From positions 1 through 35,152 of the forward strand of contig JAUSIO010000004.1 in NCBI GenBank assembly GCA_030647845.1: a stretch of 35,152 bases of DNA, in the 5' to 3' direction. Positions within the stretch are counted from its first letter, which is position 1; the number at the start of each line of letters is the position of its first letter. Made by a program: the position numbers and the translations under genes. Below the pieces are notes generated by a model. It did no database searches and was not told where the DNA came from. It saw only the letters and a program-made list of their open reading frames with translations. Positions 25,076 through 31,355 of this stretch are shown here, in pieces. This DNA is from a bacterium (GTDB lineage Bacteria; Patescibacteriota; Minisyncoccia; Phycocordibacterales; SBAW01).

Positions 25076-26389
25076 ATGCAAGACATGATTCCTCCAGCTC
25101 CACGCGACGGGCGCTCTATCCGAAATATCCCGGTGTCAAACAAACCCCAACGCCAAATACAGCGTCGGCAAGAGGAGCTGGAGGAAAAAGAGTTTCTCGA
25201 CACACCTCTGCCCCGCCTGCCTACCGGACAGGCAGGCCCAATAAGACCACGGCGCTCCCGTCGCGTACTGTGGTTTGTGCTTGGGGTGGCACTTGTGTGC
25301 GCGACCGCGAGTATTCTTTTGGCGACCATTTTTGCGGGTGCGAGTATAACGCTGTATCCAAAAACACAAATCGTGACGCCTCCGGCGAGCATACTAGCAG
25401 AGCCAGACGCACCTTCTGGTGTATTGCCATACCAAACTATGAGCATCACGCGGTCGGCGAGCACCACGGTTGCGGCCTCGGGCACACAGCACGTGTCAAA
25501 AACGGCAACCGGTGTTATTACGATTTTTAATGGCTACAGCACCGCGAGCCAAAAATTAGTAGCAACCACGCGTTTTGAGGCCCCCGATGGCAAAATCTAC
25601 CGCATCCGCGAGTTAGTCACGGTCCCCGGTGCAACCAAAAAGCAAGACGGTACGCTCACACCCGGTTCCACCACAGCCACCGTATACGCTAGTGTCGCAG
25701 GAGCGGACTATAACCTCGCGCAAGCAACACATTTTACCCTCCCCGGTTTTAAAGGCGACCCGCAGTACAGCAAATTCTACGCCCAATCACAAGGCGCAGT
25801 AAGCGGCGGTTTTGTGGGTGAGCAGGCGGCAGTTGCTCCGGCTGATATGGTAAAAGCGCAACAGTCATTGCAAAGCCAGTTGAGTGCCGCGGTTGCGTCC
25901 GCCTCGACTGCAGATGTCCCAACCGGTTTTTTGCCGGTTGCTAATTCTCTCGTCACTACATACGCTACCATCGCACAAACACAAGGGACTGGCACTACTG
26001 TTATACTTTCGCAAAGTGCAAACGGTCAGGGCGCGATTGTGCGCGAGAGCGACCTTGCGGCGGCAATCGCCGCACAAGTGGTGAGCGGCTACCGTGGCGA
26101 GGTAGTTGTGTTTGTCGACCCGTCAAAAATTACTATTTCGGTGCCAAGTGGCACAAAACCAACCGGAGCGCTCACGCTTGCACTCGCTGGCACGCCGACC
26201 TTAGTATGGCAGTTTGATGCCGATGCGATAAAACAAGCTCTGCTTGGTAAGAAAAAAGTAGAATTTGAAGCTATCATAAAAACGTTCCAACCGGGTGTCG
26301 ACCGTGCCACGCTCACCGTCCGCCCGTTTTGGCAGTCGTCCCTCCCAACCGACCCGAGTAAACTAACCGTCACGGCCACGCAACAATAA
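25076..26389 (+). CDS. Membrane-anchored extracytoplasmic protein (437 aa), family uncertain
   Basis: ATG ORF. Basic N-terminus, TM helix LWFVLGVALVCATASILLATIF, then a long T/S/A-rich beta-type domain. Possible baseplate-J-like resemblance, from memory only. Confidence 0.65.
   Translation: MQDMIPPAPRDGRSIRNIPVSNKPQRQIQRRQEELEEKEFLDTPLPRLPTGQAGPIRPRRSRRVLWFVLGVALVCATASILLATIFAGASITLYPKTQIVTPPASILAEPDAPSGVLPYQTMSITRSASTTVAASGTQHVSKTATGVITIFNGYSTASQKLVATTRFEAPDGKIYRIRELVTVPGATKKQDGTLTPGSTTATVYASVAGADYNLAQATHFTLPGFKGDPQYSKFYAQSQGAVSGGFVGEQAAVAPADMVKAQQSLQSQLSAAVASASTADVPTGFLPVANSLVTTYATIAQTQGTGTTVILSQSANGQGAIVRESDLAAAIAAQVVSGYRGEVVVFVDPSKITISVPSGTKPTGALTLALAGTPTLVWQFDADAIKQALLGKKKVEFEAIIKTFQPGVDRATLTVRPFWQSSLPTDPSKLTVTATQQ
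25215..25237. repeat. PAL-B palindromic repeat in frame inside the CDS
   Basis: GCCTGCCT-ACCGGAC-AGGCAGGC, translated LPTGQAG. Confidence 0.8.
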
Positions 26390-26407
26390 TTTATCTATGA
26401 CTGCGAA

Positions 26408-26436
26408 TTGACCAGAAAACACTACTCTGCTATGAT
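26408..26436 (+). promoter_or_regulatory. Candidate sigma70-type promoter upstream of infA
   Basis: TTGACC (26408..26413), a 17-nt spacer, then TATGAT (26431..26436). Confidence 0.45.
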
Positions 26437-26454
26437 AGTTTTTGTCGCCAACTG

Positions 26455-26664
26455 ATGGAGAACCAACCACAAGATGTGCCGGGCACAGTAGAGGAGGCCC
26501 TGCCCAATACCCTGTTTCGCGTATCTCTCGAGGGTGGAGAGGTCATCCTGACGTACCTTGCCGGCAAGATGCGCCTGCATCGTATCAAGGTCTTGGTAGG
26601 CGACAAAGTGCTGGTCAAACTTGACCCGTACGGCGGCAAAGGGCGGATAACAAGACGATTGTAA
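26455..26664 (+). CDS. infA: Translation initiation factor IF-1
   Basis: [59 protein letters not shown] is a canonical S1-like IF-1. Confidence 0.95.
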   Translation: MENQPQDVPGTVEEALPNTLFRVSLEGGEVILTYLAGKMRLHRIKVLVGDKVLVKLDPYGGKGRITRRL

Positions 26665-26778
26665 ATGAAAGTCAAAGCATCAATTAAAGCGCGTTGCGTT
26701 AACTGCAAAATGGTTCGCCGAAAAAGGCGGATGTATGTTGTTTGCAAAAACCCACGCCATAAACAACGACAAGGATAG
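26665..26778 (+). CDS. rpmJ: 50S ribosomal protein L36 (37 aa; below the ORF-track length cutoff)
   Basis: My own translation is [37 protein letters not shown]. The ATG immediately follows the infA TAA, in the canonical infA-rpmJ-rpsM order. Confidence 0.9.
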   Translation: MKVKASIKARCVNCKMVRRKRRMYVVCKNPRHKQRQG

Positions 26779-26808
26779 CTGAGTTTACGAGGCAAATATA
26801 AAAAGCAT

Positions 26809-27186
26809 ATGAGAATCTCCGGTATCACTATCCCCAATAAACGTCTTGCCTTTGCGCTCACGGCGCTTTACGGTATCGGTCCTTCGCGAGCGCGCTCTAT
26901 TTGTACGCAAACAAAAATTGACCCAACAAAAATGGCGGAGACGTTGACCCCGGAGGAAGAAAACGAAATCCGCCGCGTTGTTGAGCACTTAAAACTCGAA
27001 GGAGATTTAAAGCGCGAAGTCGCCGGCAACATCAAACGGCTCAAGGACATCGGCGCATACCGTGGCACGCGACACTCCAAACGCCTGCCAACGCGCGGTC
27101 AACGCACTAAAACTAACTCTCGCACCCTGCGCGGCAATGTCCGCAAAACGATGGGTTCAGGCCGTCGCAAGACCGAGAAAACCTAA
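26809..27186 (+). CDS. rpsM: 30S ribosomal protein S13
   Basis: MRISGITIPNKRLAFALTALYGIGPSRA...GAYRGTRHSKRLPTRGQRTKTNSRT. Confidence 0.95.
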   Translation: MRISGITIPNKRLAFALTALYGIGPSRARSICTQTKIDPTKMAETLTPEEENEIRRVVEHLKLEGDLKREVAGNIKRLKDIGAYRGTRHSKRLPTRGQRTKTNSRTLRGNVRKTMGSGRRKTEKT

Positions 27187-27187
27187 C

Positions 27188-27340
27188 ACTAGCTCCTAGT
27201 GGCTAGGGGCTAGCTTCTAGAAAAAATATGTCAAACTCCCAAAAGGTATGAAATTAGACAAAAAACAAGAAAAAAGCTATAGTGTTCCCAAACGCCGTTT
27301 GTGGGTGTTTTTATTCTGCTAGAAGCTAGCACCTAGAAGC
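27188..27340. repeat. CTAG-heptad inverted repeats flanking a 99-nt core (rpsM-rpsK spacer)
   Basis: Left arm: CTAGCTC CTAGTGG CTAGGGG CTAGCTT CTAG (27188..27219). Right arm: CTAGAAG CTAGCAC CTAGAAG C (27319..27340). The innermost 12 bp are perfectly complementary. The core contains a hairpin plus T-run (CCCAAACGCCGTTTGTGGGTGTTTTTATT). Confidence 0.7.
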
Positions 27341-27351
27341 TTTGTATACCT

Positions 27352-27777
27352 ATGGGTAAGAAACGAATAGCAAAAAAGAGCGGGGAAGAAGGGGCGGGAG
27401 GCCGTGGCTCTTCGCGCACCAGCCGTCGCAAACTGGAGAGCGGGAGGCTCTATGTCGAGGCGACCTACAACAACACCAAAGTGTCTCTCACCGACGGGAA
27501 GGGTAACGTAGTTGCATGGTCATCGTCGGGCTCGCTTGGTTTTTCGGGGGCAAAAAAAGGTACGCCGTTTGCGGCCGCAAAAGTGGGCGAACTGCTGGCA
27601 GACCGTGCAGGACAAATGGGTGTCAAAGAAGTGTCGGTTGTCGTCTCCGGCGTTGGCGCCGGGCGCGAGTCCTCAATACGGGCATTTACGCTCAAGGGCA
27701 TTGTAATTAACGGTATCAAAGATGCCACGCCAGTGCCGCATAATGGACCACGCCCTCCGAAACCTCGGAGAGTATAG
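27352..27777 (+). CDS. rpsK: 30S ribosomal protein S11
   Basis: YVEATYNNTKVSLTDGKGNVVAWSSSGSLGFSGAKKGTPFAA...PHNGPRPPKPRR. Confidence 0.95.
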   Translation: MGKKRIAKKSGEEGAGGRGSSRTSRRKLESGRLYVEATYNNTKVSLTDGKGNVVAWSSSGSLGFSGAKKGTPFAAAKVGELLADRAGQMGVKEVSVVVSGVGAGRESSIRAFTLKGIVINGIKDATPVPHNGPRPPKPRRV

Positions 27778-27799
27778 AAAATTTATATGAATAAATTTT

Positions 27800-27857
27800 A
27801 TATAATCGTCACTCGCTCGGAAATTAAGCAAGCTTATTTCACTCGCTTCGCTAGATT
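27800..27857 (+). repeat. REP-F ~58-nt intergenic repeat abutting the rpsD start
   Basis: ATATAATCGTCACTCGCTCGGAAATTAAGCAAGCTTATTTCACTCGCTTCGCTAGATT is homologous to the minus-strand reading of 9421..9480. It has an internal direct repeat CACTCGCT(T)CG. Confidence 0.6.
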
Positions 27858-27867
27858 ATAAAACAGT

Positions 27868-28494
27868 ATGTTAGTAGGACCAAAATACAAAATCTGTAAA
27901 CGCTTGGGCGCCTCGGTATTCGAAAAATGCCAGACGCAAAAGTTTCAACTAGTCGAGGCGCGGGCGCCTCGACGCAGCCGCCCCAAGCGAGGCGGGAGCG
28001 GCGACTATGGCGTGCAACTGCTCGAAAAGCAAAAAGCGCGTTTTACCTACGGTCTTTCCGAAAGCCAGTTTGCGCGCTATGTCCACGAAGCAATGGACCT
28101 GCCTGCCGGCAGGCAGGGAAAAAAGACTAGTGCGGAAGGCCTTGTCTCGCGCCTCGAGTCGCGTTTGGACAATGTGGTGTGGCGCGCGGGCCTCACCAAA
28201 ACGCGCCGTGCGGCGCGCCAACTTGTCTCGCACGGGCATATCACGGTGGGTGGGCGCCGTATGACTATCCCTTCCTACTGCGCCCAGGTGGGTGACGTAG
28301 TTGCCGTGCGCCCCGAGAGTCGCCAGAGTGCACTGTTTTTGGGTCGCGCAGAAGCCGTGCTCGAGACAAAAACACCGGCATGGATGGAAATCGCTGACGG
28401 AGGCATGTCCATTACCATCGCCGCTGTCCCAACATTGCCGGAACTTGAGCTCCCCTTTAACCCCGCGGTCATCATTCAATTTTATAGTCGTTAA
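27868..28494 (+). CDS. rpsD: 30S ribosomal protein S4
   Basis: GPKYKICKRLG, LESRLDNVVWRAGL, ARQLVSHGHITVGGRRMTIPSY (S4 domain). Confidence 0.95.
   Translation: MLVGPKYKICKRLGASVFEKCQTQKFQLVEARAPRRSRPKRGGSGDYGVQLLEKQKARFTYGLSESQFARYVHEAMDLPAGRQGKKTSAEGLVSRLESRLDNVVWRAGLTKTRRAARQLVSHGHITVGGRRMTIPSYCAQVGDVVAVRPESRQSALFLGRAEAVLETKTPAWMEIADGGMSITIAAVPTLPELELPFNPAVIIQFYSR
28098..28117. repeat. PAL-B 20-nt perfect palindrome in frame inside rpsD
   Basis: CCTGCCTGCC/GGCAGGCAGG, translated LPAGRQ. Confidence 0.85.
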
Positions 28495-28522
28495 TAGTTA
28501 TTAATAAAAAATATAAAATCGT

Positions 28523-29494
28523 ATGATGGAATATTCAATAACATTGCCAAGCAAGCCGCGCATCGCGAGCGAAGAAGAGTACTCGGGAACGTACGAAATA
28601 GATGGTCTCTACCCGGGCTACGGGCATACACTCGGCAACTCACTGCGCCGCATTATCCTCTCGTCCTTGCCGGGTGCGGCCGTGACCTCGGTCAAAATCG
28701 ACGGTATCGAACACGAGTTCTCAACGATGAGCGGCGTGCGCGAAGATGTAGTAACGATTTTGCTCAACCTCAAAAAACTACGCTTCGAGATGCTCACGCA
28801 AGAGCCACAAATGGTAGCGCTCAAAATAAAAGGCCCCAAAAAAGTAAGCGGTAGTGACCTCAAACTTCCCGGTCAGGTTCGCTTGCTCAACCCCAACTCC
28901 TACTTGTGCGAATTGACAGATAAAGATGCATCGATTGATGCAGAGTTCCGTGTTGAGCGTGGCTTGGGCTATGTGCCACGCGAAGCACTCAAAAAAGAGC
29001 GCGTTGATATCGGCGAAATTTCTGTTGATGCAATTTTCTCGCCTATCCGCCGCGTCAACTACGAGGTAGAAAATATGCGCGTCGGTGACCGCACCGACTT
29101 TAACCGCCTGCGTATCACGATAGAGACCGACGGCACCATAGAGCCGCGCGCAGCACTCGAACAGTCTATCGAAGTGATGATCACCCAGCTCAAAGCGATT
29201 GTCGGCTTCCATGAGGAAGAGTTGCCATCAGCACATGTAGCTCCTGTGAGTGTGGTTGCGGTCGAAGCAGGCATCACAGCCGCAGAAGCTTCGGCCGAGG
29301 CACTCAAAACGCGCATCGAGGATCTCGGCTTTTCGAGCCGGACTATCTCGGCACTCGAGAGGGCAAATATACGCACGGTCGGCGGCTTGGCACGCAAGAA
29401 GGAGGCCGACTTACTTGAAATAGAAGGTCTTGGCCCCAAGGCGATACAAGAGGTCAAGCGCGCGCTGGCGAACTTCGGGATACTGCTGAAATAA
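28523..29494 (+). CDS. rpoA: DNA-directed RNA polymerase alpha subunit
   Basis: GYGHTLGNSLRRIILSSLPGAAVTSVKIDG, plus a C-terminal domain (LGFSSRTISALERANIRTVGGL). Confidence 0.95.
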   Translation: MMEYSITLPSKPRIASEEEYSGTYEIDGLYPGYGHTLGNSLRRIILSSLPGAAVTSVKIDGIEHEFSTMSGVREDVVTILLNLKKLRFEMLTQEPQMVALKIKGPKKVSGSDLKLPGQVRLLNPNSYLCELTDKDASIDAEFRVERGLGYVPREALKKERVDIGEISVDAIFSPIRRVNYEVENMRVGDRTDFNRLRITIETDGTIEPRAALEQSIEVMITQLKAIVGFHEEELPSAHVAPVSVVAVEAGITAAEASAEALKTRIEDLGFSSRTISALERANIRTVGGLARKKEADLLEIEGLGPKAIQEVKRALANFGILLK

Positions 29495-29528
29495 TTTATT
29501 ATTTCAGCAAATATAAAAAGAAGTAATT

Positions 29529-29894
29529 ATGAGACACGGAAATCACAACAGAAAATTTGGCCGGGTGGCAAACCAGCGCCGCGCCTTGCTCAAGTCGCTC
29601 GCGCGCTCGCTTGTCTTGCGCGGGCGGATACAAACTACCGAGGCAAAAGCAAAAGAAGTGCGGCCGCTGGTCGAGAAGCTGGTTACCCGCGCAAAGATGG
29701 TGACACCTGCCCGCAGCGGCGGGGTTGCAAACCGCCGTCTGCTTGTTGCGGCGCTCGGCGACACGCGCACGACAAACAAACTGATTAAAACCGCAGAGGG
29801 GTATAAAACACGCAATGGTGGTTACCTGCGCATCACTAAAATGGGCCCCCGCAAGAGCGACTCGGCAAAAATGGCAGTCATTGAGTTCGTTTAG
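29529..29894 (+). CDS. rplQ: 50S ribosomal protein L17
   Basis: MRHGNHNRKFGRVANQRRALLKSLARSLVLRGRIQTTEAKAKEVRPLVEKLVT. Confidence 0.95.
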   Translation: MRHGNHNRKFGRVANQRRALLKSLARSLVLRGRIQTTEAKAKEVRPLVEKLVTRAKMVTPARSGGVANRRLLVAALGDTRTTNKLIKTAEGYKTRNGGYLRITKMGPRKSDSAKMAVIEFV

Positions 29895-29912
29895 AAGCTA
29901 GTACCTAGAACC
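29892..29912 (+). repeat. Solo CTAG-heptad repeat filling the rplQ-rplM spacer
   Basis: TAGAAG CTAGTAC CTAGAAC C differs at 2 positions from the arm at 27320..27340. It starts in the rplQ stop codon and ends 7 nt before the rplM ATG. Confidence 0.7.
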
Positions 29913-29919
29913 TGCTATT

Positions 29920-30261
29920 ATGATTACCATTGATGCAAAAGACAAAACACTCGGGCGCGTTGCAAGTGCGGCGGCTGTCGTGCTACTTGGCAAGCACACC
30001 GCAGTGTTTGCCAAAAACACCGTCGCGCAAGAAGGGGTGACTATTATCAATGCCTCGAAAGTGCGCCTCTCGGGTGCAAAAACAAAAGACAAAAAATATG
30101 TCCGATACTCGGGCTACCCAGGCGGGCAAAAAATAGAGAACTATGCTATGCTCGTGGCGCGTAAAGGGCAGACCGAGGCAATCCGCAAAGCAGTGTTGGG
30201 GATGCTCCCCAAAAACCGGCTACAGGCAAAACGCATCAAAATGCTGATTATCGAAAAATAA
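29920..30261 (+). CDS. rplM: 50S ribosomal protein L13 (short, 113 aa)
   Basis: IDAKDKTLGRVASAAAVVLLGKH...YSGYPGG...AVLGMLPKNRL. Canonical rplM-rpsI pairing. Confidence 0.9.
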   Translation: MITIDAKDKTLGRVASAAAVVLLGKHTAVFAKNTVAQEGVTIINASKVRLSGAKTKDKKYVRYSGYPGGQKIENYAMLVARKGQTEAIRKAVLGMLPKNRLQAKRIKMLIIEK

Positions 30262-30287
30262 TTACTTGTAGTGAATCCTATTGAACT

Positions 30288-30704
30288 ATGGCAGTTGCAA
30301 AAACAAAAGAAGAAAATAGATACATTGCCGCCACTGGCCGCCGCAAGACGGCTGTCGCGCGCGCGCGTCTGACCCCGAGCGCTCGCACGATTGTTACCAT
30401 CAACAACAAAGAAGTTGAAAAATATTTTGATACCGAGCCGCTACGTGTTACGGCATTGGAGCCGTTTTTGAAAGTATCTTTGCCGACGCAGTTTGCGATT
30501 ACGGTTATTGTCCATGGTGGCGGCATTGCCGGGCAGGCAACTGCGGTGCGGCATGCAATTTCTCGCGCACTCATAGAGCACGACCCGAGCTTGCGCACGA
30601 CACTCAAAAAAGAAGGGTTTCTCAAGCGCGACCCGCGCGCCAAAGAGCGCCGCAAATTTGGTCTCCGCAAAGCCCGCAAACGCAAGCAGTGGAGCAAGCG
30701 CTAA
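30288..30704 (+). CDS. rpsI: 30S ribosomal protein S9
   Basis: GRRKTAVARARL...VHGGGIAGQATAVRHAISRAL...RDPRAKERRKFGLRKARKRKQWSKR. Confidence 0.95.
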   Translation: MAVAKTKEENRYIAATGRRKTAVARARLTPSARTIVTINNKEVEKYFDTEPLRVTALEPFLKVSLPTQFAITVIVHGGGIAGQATAVRHAISRALIEHDPSLRTTLKKEGFLKRDPRAKERRKFGLRKARKRKQWSKR

Positions 30705-30771
30705 TGCAGAGACCCTGAGCGCATTCAAAGGGAGCAAACGCTAGTCAATACAAAAACATCCTGCAGTACAT

Positions 30772-30799
30772 TTGACTGCGGGGTGTTTTTTTGTATAAT
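30772..30799 (+). promoter_or_regulatory. Candidate strong sigma70-type promoter for grpE-dnaK
   Basis: TTGACT (30772..30777), a 16-nt spacer, then TATAAT (30794..30799), which ends 9 nt before the grpE ATG. No CIRCE element seen. Confidence 0.5.
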
Positions 30800-30808
30800 G
30801 GTGGAATT

Positions 30809-31297
30809 ATGTCAGATGGAGAAGAAGAATTTGTGGATGAAATAGAAGGGGAAGACGAAGGAGAAGGTCCGGCGGCTATAAAAAAGCTCCGCGAGAAACT
30901 CAAAAAGGCAGTCGAGGAGAAGCAGGAGTACTTGGAGGGCTGGCAGAGGGCGCGGGCAGACTTTGCCAACTACAAGCGCGAGGAGGCAGGGATACATGGC
31001 GGTAGGGAGGAACAAACAAAAGCAGACTTCATAGAGAATTTGCTACCAACACTGGATGCTTTTGAGATGGCGCTCAAACATAAACCAACCGACGAGTTAC
31101 AGATAGTCCATAAACAACTCATAGACTCGCTCAAAAAAATCGGCATAGAGCAGTTTGGAGTGGTGGGAGAAGTGTTCGACCACAACACACACGAGGCGCT
31201 CGGACAAATAGAGAGCGGAGAAAAAGTTGTCGAGGTCATGCGCTCGGGGTACAGTATTGGCAACAAAATTATTAGACCCGCGCAAGTAATAATTTAA
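30809..31297 (+). CDS. grpE: Nucleotide exchange factor GrpE
   Basis: [38 protein letters not shown]...[15 protein letters not shown] used the ATG at 30809; the track start 30791 is TTG and lies inside the -10 box. Confidence 0.9.
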   Translation: MSDGEEEFVDEIEGEDEGEGPAAIKKLREKLKKAVEEKQEYLEGWQRARADFANYKREEAGIHGGREEQTKADFIENLLPTLDAFEMALKHKPTDELQIVHKQLIDSLKKIGIEQFGVVGEVFDHNTHEALGQIESGEKVVEVMRSGYSIGNKIIRPAQVII

Positions 31298-31355
31298 CAG
31301 CGGTGCGAGTTTACGAGTATTATATAAAAACAACGAGCTAACTATAAAAAGAACT

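Noticed and set aside
27220-27318. A small ORF or known ncRNA (SRP RNA, 6S RNA, ribosomal-protein leader) in the rpsM-rpsK cassette core.
   Set aside because: The only ORF is 7 codons (MSNSQKV). I saw no SRP or 6S signature motifs. It remains unexplained and is covered by the CTAG-repeat finding.
30705-30808. A CIRCE (HrcA) operator upstream of grpE-dnaK.
   Set aside because: I looked for TTAGCACTC-N9-GAGTGCTAA. Nothing resembling it is present, only a sigma70-like promoter.
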